Assembly: GCF_009914755.1 (NCBI RefSeq)
Contig: NC_060945.1
Strand: one strand, 5' to 3'
Length of the DNA: 64,000 bases
Source: the human T2T-CHM13v2.0 reference genome, Homo sapiens
A program made the position numbers and the translations under genes. Position 1 is the first letter of the stretch, and every line of letters begins with the position of its first letter. Positions 38,101-62,684 of this stretch are shown here, one piece after another. The notes below the pieces were generated by a model. It did no database searches. It saw only the letters and a list, made by a program, of their open reading frames with translations, and was not told the origin of the DNA.

Positions 38101-41100
38101 TTTCTGTAGAATCTGCAAGTGGACATTTGGAGCACCTAGCGACTTAAGGTGGAAAAGGAAATATCTTCACATAAAATCCAGACAGAAGCAATCTGAGAAA
38201 CTTCTTTATGATATGTGTATTCATCTCAAAGGGTTAACCCTTTCTTTTGATTGAGCTGTTTTGAAACTCTCTTTTTGTAGAATCTGCAATTGGACATTTC
38301 TATCGCTTAGAGGCCTATGGTGGAACAGGGTATATCTTCACATAAAAACTAGACAGAAGAATTCTGAGAAACATCTTTGTGATGTGGGCATTCATCTCAC
38401 AGAGTTGAACCTTTCTTTTGATTGAGCAGTTTGGAAATACACATTTTGGACTCTGCAAGTGGACATTTGGAGCGCTTTGCGGCCTATGGTAAAAAAGGAT
38501 ATATCTTCACATAAAATCTAGACAGACGTAATTTGAGAAATTTCTTTGTGATGTGCACATTCATCTCACAGAGTTCAACATTTCTTTTGATTTAGCAGTT
38601 TAGAAACTCTCTTTTTGTAGAATCTGCTGTTGGACATTTTGAGCCCTTTGAGGTCAGTGGTGGAAATGGGAATATCTTCCCATAAAAACTGGACAGAAGA
38701 ATTCTGAGAAACTTCTTTGTGATGTATGTGTTCATCTCACAGAGCTGAAACTTTCCTTGGATTGAGCAGTTTGGAAACCCTTCGTTTGTACAATCAGCAA
38801 GTGGACACTTGGGTCACTTTGCACCCTATGGTAGAAAAGGAAATATCTTCACATAAAATCTAGACAGAAGCAATCTGAGAAACTTCTTTGTGATGTGTGC
38901 ATTCATCTCACAGGGTTAAACTTTTCTTTTGATGGAGCAGTTTTGAAACTTTCTTTTTGTAGGATCTACTAGTGAACATTCGGAGCACTTTGAGGCCTAT
39001 GGTGGAACAGGAAATACCTTCACATAAAAACTAGACAGAAGAATTCTGAGAAACTTCTTTGTGGTGTGTGCATTCATCTCACATACTTGAAACTTTCCTT
39101 TGGTTGAGCAGTTTGGAAACCCTCTTTTTGTTGAATCTGCAAGTGGACTTTTGGAGGGCTTTGCAGCCTATGGCAGAAAAGGAAATATCTTCACATAAAA
39201 TCTAGACAGAAGCAATATGAGAAACTACTTTTTGATGTGTGTTTTCACCTCACAGATTTAAAGCTTTCTTTTGATTGAGCAGTTTTGAAACTCTGTTTTT
39301 GTAGAATCTGAAATTGGACATTTGGAGCATTTTGCGGCCTGTGGTAGAAAGGGAAATATCTTCACGTAAAATCTGACAGAAGCAATCTGAGAAGCTTCTT
39401 AGTGTTGTGTGCATTCATCTCACAGACTTAAATCTTTCTTTTGATTAAGCAGTTTTGAAATTCTCTTTTTGTAGAATCTTCAAGTGGACATTTGGAACAC
39501 TTTGATGCCTATTGTGGAAAAGGAAATATCTTCACATAAAAACTATACAGAAGAATTCTGAGACATTTCTTTGTGATGTGTGCGTTGATCTCACAGAGTT
39601 GAACCTTTCTTTTGATTCAGCAGTTTGGAAACACTCTTTTTCTAGAATCTGCAAGTGGACATTTGGAGCACTTTGGGGCCTATGGTAGAAAAGGAAATAT
39701 CTTCACATAAAATCTAGACAGAAGCAATCTGAGAAACTTCTTTCTGATGTGTGCGATCATCTCACAGGGTTGAAACTTTCTTTTGATTGAGCAGTTTGGA
39801 AATACTCTTTTTGTAACATCTGAAAGTGGACATTTGGAGCGCTTTGAGGCCTGTGGTGGAAAAGCAAAATCTTCATATAAAAACTAGACAGAATAATTTT
39901 GAGAAACTTCTTTGTAACGCGTGCATTAACCTCACAGAGTTGAACATTTCTTTTGATGTAGCAGTTTGGAAATTGCTCTTTTTGTAGAATCTGCAAGCAG
40001 ACATTTGGAGCGCTTTTGGGCCTATTTTAGAAAAGGGAATATTTTCACACAAAAACTAGACAGAAGAATTCTGAGACACTTCTTTGTGATGTGTGCGTTC
40101 ATCTCACAGAATTGAAACTTTCTTTTGATTGAGCAGTTTGGAAACAGACTTTTTGTAGAATCTGTAAGGGGACATTTTGAGCGCTTTGAGGCCTATGGTG
40201 GAAAAGGAAATATCTTCAAATAAAAACTAGACAGAAGAGTTCTGAGAAACATCTTTGTGATATGTGCCTTCATCTCACAGAGTTAAAGCTTTCTTTTCAC
40301 TGAGCAATTTGGAAACACTCTTTTTGTAGAATCTGAAAGTGGACATTTGGAGCACTTTGAGGCCTGTAATGGAATATGAAATATCCTAGACAGAGTTTTG
40401 TGGCCTTCAGTAGAAACGGAAATATCTTCACATAAAATCTAGACAGAAGAAATCTGAGAAACTTCTTAGTGATGTTTGCATTCATCCCACAGATTTAAAC
40501 TTTTCTTTTGATGGAGCAGTTTTGAAAATCTATGTTTGTAATATCTGCAAGTGGAGATTTTGAGTGATTTGAGGCCTATGGTGGAAAAGGAAATATCTTC
40601 ACATCAAAGGTAGACAGAAGAATTCCGAGATACTTCTTTGTGATGTGTGAGTTCATCTCACAGGATTGAAACTTTCTTTTCATTGAACTGTTTGGAAACA
40701 CTCTTTTTGTAGAATCTGCAAGTGGATATTTGGAGCGCTTTGTGGCCTATGGTAGAAAAGGAAATATCTTCACGTAAAAACTATATAGACGCATTCTGGG
40801 AAACTTCTTTGTGATGTGTATGTTCATCTCACAGATTTGAACCTTTCTTTGGATTGAGCATTTTGGAAACACTCTTTTTGTAGAATCTGCAAGAAGCAAT
40901 CTGTGAAACTTCTTTGTGATTTGTGTATTGATCTCACAGAGTTAACCCTTTCTTTTGATTGAGCAGTTTTTAAACTCTCTTTTTGTCGAATCTGCATTTG
41001 TACATTTGGAAGGCTTTGTGACATATGGTGAAAAAGGATTTATCTTCTCATAAAATCTAGAAAGACAAATTCTGAGAAACCACTTTGTGATGTGTGCGTT

Positions 41101-41392
41101 CCTCTCACAGAGTTGAAACTTTCTTTTGTTTGGGCCGTTTGGAAACACTCTTTCTGTTGAATCTGCAAGTGGACATTTGGAGCACTTTGCGGCCTGTGGC
41201 AGAAAAGGAAATATCTTCACATAAAATCTAGACAGAAGTAATCTGACATAATTCTTTTTGATGTGAGAATTCATCTGACAGAGTTAAACATTTTTTTTTG
41301 ATGAAGCAGTTTTGAAACTATTTTTGTACGATCTGCAAGTGGACATTTGGAACACTTTGAGGTCTATGGTGGAAAAGGAAATATATTCAAAT

Positions 41393-42275
41393 AACAAATT
41401 TACAAGAAAACAACAAACAACCCCATCTAAAAGTCGGCGAAGGACATGAACAGACACTTCTCAAAAGAAGACATTTATGCAGCCAAAAAACACATGAAAA
41501 AATGCTCATCATCACTGGCCATCAGAGAAATGCAAATCAAAACCACAATGAGATACCATCTCACACCAGTTAGAATGGCAATCATTAAAAAATCAGGAAA
41601 CAACAGGTGCTGGAGAGGATGTGGAGAAATAGGAACAATTTTACACTGTTGGTGGGACTGTAAACTAGTTCAACCATTGTGGAAGTCAGTGGGACGATTC
41701 CTCAGGGATCTAGAACTGGAAATACCATTTGACCCAGCCATCCCCTTACTAGGTATATGCCCAAAGGACTACAAATCATGCTGCTACAAAGACACATGCA
41801 CACGTATGTTTATTGCCGCACTATTCACAATAGCAAAGACTTGGAACCAACCCAAATGTCCAACAATGTTAGACTGGATTAAGAGAATGTGGCATGTGTA
41901 CACCATGGAATACTATGCAGCCATAAAAAATGATGAGTTCATGTCCTTTGTAGGGACATGGATGAAATTGAAAATCATCATTCTCAGTAAACTATCACAG
42001 AACAAAAAACCAAACACCGCATATTCTCACTCATAAGTGGGAATTGAACAATGAGAACACATGGACACAGGAAGGGGAACATCACACTCTGGGGACGGTT
42101 GTGTGGTGGGGGAGGGGGGAAGGATAGCATTGGGAGATATATCTAATGCTAGATGACGAGTTAGTGGGTGCAGCACACCAGCATGGCACATGTATACATA
42201 TGTAACTAACCTGAACAATGTGCACATGTACCCTAAAACTTAAAGGATAATAATAAAAAAATAAAAATAATAAAA
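41393..42275 (+). mobile_element. 5'-truncated L1PA2/PA3-like (~0.9 kb)
   Basis: ORF2 C-terminus (ORF 41446-42036), 3'UTR with G-rich tract, A-rich tail. Inserted at the monomer position TCAAATAA|AAACTAGAC; no TSD resolvable from the A-rich context. Confidence 0.93.
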
Positions 42276-44350
42276 AAAAACTAGACAGAAAAATTCTGAG
42301 AAACTTCTTTGTGATGCATGCATTCATCTCACAGAGTTGAACCTTTCTTTTGATTGAGCAATTTTTAAACGCTCTTTTTGTAGTATCTGCAAGTGGACAT
42401 TTATAGCACTTTGTGGCCTATGGTAAAAAAGGAAATACCTTCACATAAAATCTATACAGAAGCGATCTGAGAAACTTCTTTGTGATGTGTGCCTTCATCT
42501 CACAGAGTTGAGCTTTTCTTTGGATTGAGCGCTTTGGAAACTCTCTTTTTGTAGAATCTGCAAATGGACATTTGGAGCGCTTTCTGGCCTATGGTAGAAA
42601 AGGAAATATCTTCACATGAAATCTAGACAGAAGCAATCTGAGAAACTTCTTTGGGATGTGTGCCTTCATCTCACAGAGTTAAATCTTTCTTTTGATAGAG
42701 CAGTTCCGAAACTCTCTTTTTGCAGAATCTGCAAGTGGATATTTGGAGCAATTTGAGGCCTATGGTGGAAAAGGAAATATCTTCAAATAAAAACTACACA
42801 GAAGAATTCTGACAAACTACTCTGTGATGTGTGCATTCATCTCACATAGTTGAACTTTCTTTCAATTGAGCAGGTTGGAAACATTCTTTTTGTAGCTGCA
42901 TGTGGACATTTGCAAAGGTTTGAGGCCTATGGCGGAAAAAGAAATATCTTCACATAAAAACTAGACAGAGGAATTCTGAGAAACTTCCTTGTGTTGTGTG
43001 TGTTCATCTCACAGAGTTGAAACTTTCTTTTGATTGAGCAGTTTGGAAACACTCTTTTTGTAGAATCTGCAAGTGGATATTTGGAGCGCTTTGCGGCCTA
43101 TTGTAGAAAAGGAAATACCTTCACATAAAATCCAGACAGAAGCAATCTGAGAAACTTCTTTGTGGTGTGTGCGTTCATCTCAGAGTTAACACTTTCTTTT
43201 GATTGTGCAGTTTTGAAACTCTCTTTTTGTAGAATCTGCAAGTGGACATTTGGAGTGCTTTGAGGCCTTTGGTGGAAAAGGACATATCTTCACATAAAAA
43301 CTACACAGAATAATTCTGAGAAACTTTTTGTGATGTGTTATACCTTTCTCACAAAGTTGAACTTTTCATTTGATTCAGCAGTTTGGAAACACTCTTTTTG
43401 TAGAATCTACAAATGGACATTTGGATTGCTTTGTGGCCTATTGTAGAAAAGGAAATATCTTCACTTAAAATCTAGACAAAAGCAATCTCACAAACTTCTT
43501 TGTGATGTGTGCATTCGTCTCAAGGAGTTAAACCTTTATTTTCATTGAGTAGTTTTGAAACTCTCTTTTGTAGAATCTGCAAGTGGACATTTGGAGTGCT
43601 TTGAGGCCTATAGTGCAAAAGGAAATATCTTCACATAAAAACTAGATAGAAGCATTCTGAGAAACTTCTTTGTGATGTGTGCATTCATCTCTCAGAGTTG
43701 AAGCTTTCTTTTGGTGGAACAGTTTTGAAATACTCTTTTTGTAGAACCTGCAAGTGGACATTTTGAGAGCCTTCAGGCCTAAGGTGGAAAAGGAAGTATC
43801 TTCATATAAAAACTAGACAGAAGAATTCTGACAAACTTCTTTGTGATGAGTGCGTTCATCTCTCAGAGTTGAACATTTCTTTTGATTAAGCAGTTTGGAA
43901 ACACACTTTTTGTAGAATCTGCAAGTGGACATTTGGAACACTTTGTGGCCTATGGTAGAAAAGGAAATATCATCACATAAAATCCAGACAGAAGCAATCT
44001 GAAAGACTTCTTTGTTATGTGTGCATACATCTCACACAGTTAAACTTTTTTTTGATTGAGCAGTTTTGAAACTCTCTTTTTGTAGAATCTGCAAGTGGAC
44101 ATTTGGAGCGATTTGGGGCCTGTGGTGGAAAAGAAATTATCTTCACATAAAAACAAGGCAGAAGAATTCTGAGAAACTTCTTTGTGATGTGTGCATTCAT
44201 CTCCCAGATTTGAACCATTCTTTTGACGGACCAGTTAGGAAATACACTTTTTGTAGGATATGCAAGCGTACATTTGTAGCGCTTTAAGGCCTATGGTGGA
44301 AAAGGAAATATCTTCATATAAAAACTAGTCAGAAGAATTCTGAGACACTT

Positions 44351-55810
<11,460 letters not shown>

Positions 55811-57812
55811 ACATAAACACTAGACAGAAGCATTCTGAGAAACTTTTTTGTGATGTCTGCATTCGACTCACACAGCTGAACCTATCTTTTGATTGAGAAG
55901 TTTTGATTCTCTCTTTTTGTAAAATCTGCAAGTGGATATTTGCAGACCTTTCTGGCCTATTTTGGAAAAGGAAACATCTTCACATAAAAAATAGAAGCAT
56001 TCTGAGAAACTTCTTTGTGATGTGTGCGTTCATCTCAAAAAGTTGAACATTTCTTTTGATTGAGCAGTTTCTATTATTATTATTATACTTTAAGTTTTAG
56101 GGTACATGTGCACATTGTGCAGGTTAGTTACATATGTATACGTGTGCCATGCTGGTGCGCTGCACCCACTAACTCATCATATAGCATTAGGTATATATCC
56201 CAATGCTATCCCTCCCCCCTCCTCCCACCCCACAACAGTCCCCAGAGTGTGATGTTCCCCTTCCTGTGTCCATGTGATTTCATTTTTCAATTCCCACCTA
56301 TAAGTGAGAATATGCGGTGTTTGGTTTTTTGTTCTTGTGATAGTTTACTGAGAATGATGACTTCCAATTTCATCCATGTCCCTAAAAAGGATATGAACTC
56401 ATCATTTTTTATGGCTGCATAGTATTCCATGGTGTATATAGACTGGATCAAGAAGATTTAGCAGTTTTTAAAAAATCTTTTTGTAGTGTCTGCAAGGGGA
56501 TATTTGGAGCGTTTTGGGGCCTATTGTGGAAAAGGAACTATCTTCACATAAAAACTAGACAGAAGCATTCTGAGAAACTTTTGGTGGTCTGTGCATTCAA
56601 CTCACAGATTTCAGCCTTTCTTTTGATTGAACAGTTTTGAAACATTCTTTTTGTAATATCTGTAAATGGATATTTGAAGCGGTTTGAGGTCTATCTTGGA
56701 AAAGGAAATATCTTCACATATAAACTAGACAGAAGCATTCTGAGAAACTTCTCTGTGATAAGTGCCTTCATCTCATAGAGTTGAACCTTTCTTTTGATTG
56801 AGCAGTTTTGAAACACTCTTTTTGTTGTATATGCAAGTGGGTATTTGGAGCGATTTGTGGTCTATGGTGGAAAAGGAAATATCTTCACATAAAAACTAGA
56901 AGGAAACACTCTGAGAAACTTCTTTGTGATGTGTGCATTCATCTCACCAAGCTGAACCATTCTTTTGATGGAGCTGTTTTGAAATACTCTTTTTGTAGGA
57001 TCTGCAAGTGGATATTTGGAGTGCTTTCAGGTCTGTGGTGGAAAAGGAAATATCTTCACATAAAAACTAGACAGAAGTATTCTGAGAAACTTCTTTGTAA
57101 TGTGTGCATTCATCTCACAGTGTTGAAACTTTCTTTTGATTGAGGGTTTTGAAACAGTCTTTTTGATACAACTGCAAGTGGATATTTGGAGCGAATTGTG
57201 GCCTATGGTTTAAAAGGAAATATCTTCACATAAAAACTAGACAGAAGCCTTCTGAGAAACTTCTTTGTGATGTGTGCGTTCATCTCACTGGGTTGAATCT
57301 TTCCTTTCATCGAGCAGTATTGAAACACCCTTTTTGTAGAATCTGAAAGTAGATATTTGGAGCGATTGTGTCCTATGGTAGTAAAGGAAATATTTTCACA
57401 GAAAAACTAGACAGAAGCATTCTGCAAAACTTCCTCGTGTTGTTTTCACTTATCTCACCAAATTGAACCATTGTTTTCATTGAGCAGATTTGATACACTC
57501 TTTTTGTAGCATGTGCAAGTGAATATTTGGAACGCTTTGATGAGTATGACGGAAAAGGAAATACCTTCACATATAAACTAGACAGAAGCATTCTGAGAAA
57601 CTTCTCTGTGATGTGTGCACTCATCTCACAGAGTTGAACCTTTCTTTTGATCGAGTAGTTTTGAAACACTCTTTTTGTACCATCTGCAAGTGTATATTTG
57701 GAGCGTTTTGCCTCCTATGGTGGAAAAGGAAATATCTTCACATAAAAACTAGACAGATGCATTCTGAGAAACTTCTTTGTGATATGTGCATTCATGTCAC
57801 AGAGGTGAACTT
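55811..57812 (+). repeat. Terminal alpha satellite block (layer D)
   Basis: ACTAGACAGAAGCATTCTGAG combined with GGATATTTGG; last monomer ends ...AGAGGTGAACTT near 57812. Confidence 0.8.
56072..56454 (-). mobile_element. Short L1PA2-like 3' fragment with a 17-bp 5' inversion
   Basis: Antisense 3'UTR/ORF2 end at 56072-56439, then sense-orientation ATAGACTGGATCAAGAA at 56438-56454. TSD GATTGAGCAGTTT (56058-56070) / GATTTAGCAGTTT (56455-56467). Confidence 0.9.
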
Positions 57813-58740
57813 CTAGTGTTTTGGACTCATCCAAGCCTCAACATTAGTTTTAAGGCTCCTTGTTCTTTCCAGCAGGAGAAAAATGAACATGCAAAGCTCT
57901 CAGGCTCATTGTTATAATCCTCTCAAGGATCAGTCTCATTAGCAGACAGCAGAGTCTTGATCCCTTGTTTCACCAAACTAACCACTTGGCTGAGAGAAGT
58001 TGCTCTTAGTCCTAGGGGAACTTCTCATAACCTTTGCAAGCTCTTCAAGTATTTGTGTATTTTCCCCTTTCAGAAAGTTGTGTTTATCTCAGCATCCCAT
58101 TGTCATCTCCAAAATTAAATAATTGTGAAGGATCTAAGATTTCATCCTATTTGTAAACAAACCTATTAATCTTCCATTTTCATGGATGCTGGTAGAAGGC
58201 ATAAGGCACTGAAGTATGAAAACAAACCTACTATTTACTGTCTACCTGGAGGCAAAAGCCTCATTTTTGTATTAGTTCTCCTTGTCCATACTACATTTTT
58301 TAGAGGGATTTCAAAAGGCTCAGATGGACATTGCACATGGGGAAGATTTGTGTCACAGCTGAGCAGACTCAAGACTAAGAAACCTCAATCTTCTTAAAGT
58401 AGGTTACATGCAAACCTGTCCAACCTTTGCCTCACAGAGAAAAATTGTCTTTATTATATTGATTGAGTAATTTATCTGCCATTCACCTGAAGAGAAAAAC
58501 TACTACCCTTTTTCCAGGTTATTTGTGTACAAAAATCTTTGAAAAATAGCCTGGAACAGGACAGGTATGTGATGTAAGACACAAAAAAATGACAAACTCT
58601 AAGAGACTTTTATAGAACTACATCTCAGTAGCATGCATCTTTTCCATAAAATGTTGCACTAAACAATCCTGTGATGAAAAAATTCCATTGAAGATTTTTG
58701 ACATGAAGACTAACTTTTGTTGTTTTGTGTTGTGGGATTG

Positions 58741-58943
58741 TTCAAGTGATTCTCCTGTGTCAGCCTCCAAAGTAGCTGGAGTACAGGCTCCCACTACCAC
58801 ACTCAGCTTATTTTTCTATTTTTAGTAGAGACGGGGTTTTACCATGTTGGTCAGGGTGGTCTCGAACTCATGATCTCAGGTGGTCCACCTGCCTTGGCCT
58901 CACAAAGTGCTAGGAATATAGGCATGAGCCACCATGCCCGGCC
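58741..58943 (-). mobile_element. AluS (Sx/Sz-like) fragment lacking its 3' end
   Basis: TTCAAGTGATTCTCCTG...TTTTTAGTAGAGACGGGG...GAGCCACCATGCCCGGCC; CpG-decayed. Confidence 0.88.
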
Positions 58944-59169
58944 CCAGAAATGAAAGTTCTATGTGTGAAGTAATGTAATTCTGACTGATAAATGACAGGT
59001 GACAGTAAGTGAAAATCTAACACAATTCAACCTTTTTACATATTTAGACATATTGTAACTTGTTAGCTTATTGGAAAAAGTTAAATGACTACCAATTTAT
59101 ACGGCATATTTATTCTGAATGAATTGCTAATCTAGATTTGAGAGATGAAATAATTATTTTTACAACACA

Positions 59170-59872
59170 GAAACATAAAGTGCATTTCCATATACCAACA
59201 ATGAACAATTTGACAGTAAATTAATAAAACAATTGTTTGCAACATTAAAATAATATAATTCTTAGAAATAAATTTAATAAGAAGGTACATATTTTGTACA
59301 ATAAAAAATACAGGATCAGAATATTTATGAAAAAAACTAAAAAGGAGTTAAATAACTGGCAACAAATTCCATGTTCCTGAACCGGAAGACTTAATGAAGT
59401 TAAGATGACAATACTACTACCCAAAGTAGTGTACAGATGTACTGTAATCCCAATTTTTAATTTTTCCAACTTTTCTTTTGCAAAAACAAAATAACTCATT
59501 TAAAACTTCATATGGAATTTGAAAATCCTCTGAATGTACAGAATAATCTTGAAAGGAAGAACAAAATTAGATGGCTCACAATTTTAAATTTGAAAACATA
59601 CAAAGCTACTATAATTATAACAGTTTGCTAGTGGCGTAAGAACAATTGTAGAGATCAAATAAATAAAATAGATAATCCAAAAAACCCTTGCATAAATTAT
59701 TGATTGTCTTTCGACAAGGGTGCCTTAATCATTATGTAAAGAAAAGGACAGTTTGTTCCACAATAAATGCTGGGAAAACAAGTCCACATTGAAACCAGTA
59801 AAGTTGAATCTTTATCACATTCCAAGTACAAAAATTAAATAAAAATAGATTAAAGACATAAGTGTTCAACTT
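59170..59872 (+). mobile_element. Ancient L1M-type ORF2 fragment
   Basis: Degenerate ORF2 words GCATTTCCATATACCAACAATGAACAA, CCATGTTC..GGAAGACTTAAT, AAAACTTCATATGGAA, GACAAGGGTGCC. Confidence 0.7.
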
Positions 59873-60258
59873 TAGTGGTTTCTAATGGTTGTTTTTATTT
59901 ATGTGGGGTCAGTACTAACATGAACACCTTTATACACACAAACTAGAAAACTTTAAAGAAATGGATACATTACTAGATATACACACTCTCCCAAGATTAA
60001 GCCAGGAAGACAATTATTTCCTGAATGGACCAATAAAAAGCTCTGATATTATATAGGTAATAAGTAGCTTGCCAATCAAAAAAATAAAAGCCCTGGACTT
60101 TCTGGATTTACAGCCAAATTCTACCAAATGTACAAGGGAGAGCTGGTACAATTCCTACAGAAACTATCCCCAAAAATTGAGGAGGACGGTCTCCTCCCCA
60201 ACTCATTCTATAAGGACAGCATGATCTTGACACCAAAACCTGGCAGAGACACAACAAA

Positions 60259-60448
60259 AACACAAAATTAGCCGGGCTTGGTAGCAGACACCTGTAGTCC
60301 CAGCTACTTGGGAGGCTGAGGCAGGAGAATGGCATGAACCCAGGAGGCGGAGCTTGCATTAAGCAGAGATTGCACCAGTGCACTCCAGCCTGGGCAACAG
60401 AGGGAGACTCCATCAAAAAAAAAAAAAAAAGAAAGAAAGAAAGAAAAG
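60259..60448 (+). mobile_element. AluY-like right monomer only (5'-truncated) with A/GAAA tail
   Basis: AATTAGCCGGGC...GAGAATGGCATGAACCCAGGAGGCGGAGCTTGC...poly(A)(GAAA)n, inserted in an A-rich tract of the L1. Confidence 0.85.
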
Positions 60449-61336
60449 AAAACTTCAGGCCAATATTCTTGACAAACATCAATACAAAAGTTCTCAGAAA
60501 AATATTTGTAAACCAAATCCAGCAGCACATCAAACAGGTAATCCGTCATTATCAAGTAGGCTGCCTCCTTAGGATGCAAGGTTGGCCCAGCATGTGCAAA
60601 TCAATAAATGTAATACATCACATAAACATAACTAAAAACAAAAAACAGACGATTATCCCAATAGATACAGAAAATAATAAAAGCTGTGTATAAAAAACCC
60701 ACAGCCAACAATCTGTTGAATGGGCAAAGTTGGGAGCTTTTTTTTTGAAAACCAGCACAAGGCAAGAATGCCCTCTCTCACCATTTCTATTCAACATAGT
60801 ATTGAAAGTCCTGACCAGAGCAATCAGGCTAGAGAAAGAAATACAAAAAGCATCCAAATAGGAAGAGAGAAAGCCAAACTATTTCTGTTTGCAGATAACA
60901 TAATTCTATATCTAGAAAACCCTGTAGTTTCAGGTACAAAGCTTCTTTAGTTAACAAACAACTTCAGCGAATTTTCAAGATACTAAATCAATGTGCAAAG
61001 ATCACTAACATTTCTCTACACCAATGATAACCACACTGACAGCAAAATCAGAAAGGCCATCCCATTCACAATTGCCACAAAAATGATAAAATACCTGGAA
61101 ATGCAGCTCACCAGGGAGGTGAAAGAGCTCTACAATGAGAATTAAAAAACACTGCTCAAATAAATCAGAGAAGACACAAACAAATGGAAAACCACCTCAT
61201 GCTCATGGATAGGAAGATCCAATATAACTAAAATGGCTATACTTCACAAAGCAATTGACAGATTTAATGCTATTTCCATCAAACTGCCAATAAAATTTTT
61301 TACAGATCTAGAAAAAACTATTTTAAAATTCGTATA

Positions 61337-61620
61337 GGCTGGGTGCAGTGGCTCATGCCTGTAATCCCAGCACTCTGGGAGGCCAAGGGGTGCAGATCAT
61401 GAGGTCAGGAGATCGAGACCATCATGGCCAACATGGTGAAACTCCTTCTCAACTAAAAATACAAAAAATAGCTGGGTGAAGTGGCAAGCGCTTGTAATCC
61501 CAGCTACTCGGGAGGCTGAGGCAGGAGAATTCATTGAACCAGGGAGTCAGAGGTTGCAGTGAGCTGAGATTGCACCACTGCACTCCAGCCTGATGACAGA
61601 GTGACATTCCATCAAAAAAA
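61337..61620 (+). mobile_element. Full-length AluSc-like element
   Basis: GGCTGGGTGCAGTGGCTC start; GATCATGAGGTCAGGAGATCGAGACCATC..GGCCAACATGG; shortened CCTGATGACAG; degenerate AAAATT..TATA flanks. Confidence 0.85.
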
Positions 61621-62398
61621 ATTATATATATGAAACCAAAAAGGAGCACACATAGCCAAGGCAATCCCAAGCAAAAAAGAACAAAGCTGCAGGCATCAGG
61701 TTGCCTGGCTTCAAATTACACTACAGGGCTATAGTAATGAAAACAGCATAACACTGATACAAAAACAGACACATAGACAAATGGAGCAGAATAGAGAGCC
61801 CAGAAACAAGGCTGCACATCTATGCCATGTGATAATTGACAAGGCTGACAAAAACAAGCAGTGAGAAAAAGATTATTTATTCAATAAGTGGTGCTGGAAT
61901 AATTGGCTGGCAACATGTGGAAGATTGAAGCTGGACCCCTTATTTATATCATATACAAAAAAAAATCAACTCAAGACTGATTAAAGACTTAAATATAAAA
62001 TCTTTATGTATAAAAACCATGAAAGACAATCCAGGCAATACCATCCTGGATATAGGAATGGGCAAAGATTTCATGATAGAAAGACCAAAAGCAACAGCAA
62101 GAAAAGCAAAAATTAACAAGTAGGATTTAATTAAAGTAAAGAGATTTTGCATAGCAGAAAAAAAACTATTAACAGAGTAAACAGAAAACCTATGGAGTGG
62201 AAAAAAATATTTGTAAACTATCCATCTAACAAAGGTCTAATATCTAGCATCTATAAGGAACTTAAATTTACAAAAGAAAAACAACCCCATTAAAAAGTGG
62301 GCAAAGACAATGGACAGTTTTCGAAAGAAGACATACATGAGGCCAAGAAGTGTATGAGAAAAAGCTCAGCATCAATGATAGTTAGAGAAATGAAAATT

Positions 62399-62597
62399 AA
62401 GTGATCCTTGTGCCTCAGTCTCCCAAATAGCTGGGACTACAAGCAAGCACCACAATGCCCAGACAATTTTTGAATTTTTAGTAGAGATGGGATTTTGCCA
62501 TGTTTCCATGGCTGGTCTTGAACTCCTGAGCTTAAGTGATCAGCCTGCCTCAGCCTCCCAAAGTTTTGGGATTACAAGTGTGAGCCACCATGCCTGG
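62399..62597 (-). mobile_element. AluJ-like fragment
   Basis: AGTGATCCTTGTGCCTCAG...GAACTCCTGAGCTTAAGTGATC...GAGCCACCATGCCTGG; highly diverged and directly abutting the truncated L1. Confidence 0.8.
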
Positions 62598-62684
62598 ACT
62601 CCATTATTCAATCTAAGAACTGCATGCAGAAATGTGTTCAGGTTTTAAAATTTTATTCACTTCTGCACTGATACTTTCAAACCA

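Larger units (their letters stand above)
59873..62398 (+). mobile_element. Older primate L1 (roughly L1PA13-16/L1PB-like) ORF2 region with ~48-bp 5' inversion, interrupted by two Alus
   Basis: Colinear degenerate ORF2 (CTTCAGGCCAATATTCTTGAC, TTTGCAGATAACATAATT, GAAGCTGGACCCC). 59873-59920 is the reverse complement of the L1 sequence immediately upstream. Confidence 0.82.

Noticed and set aside
58182-58397. 71-aa ORF in the unrecognised flank
   Set aside because: Short, no recognisable domain or exon support; expected by chance.
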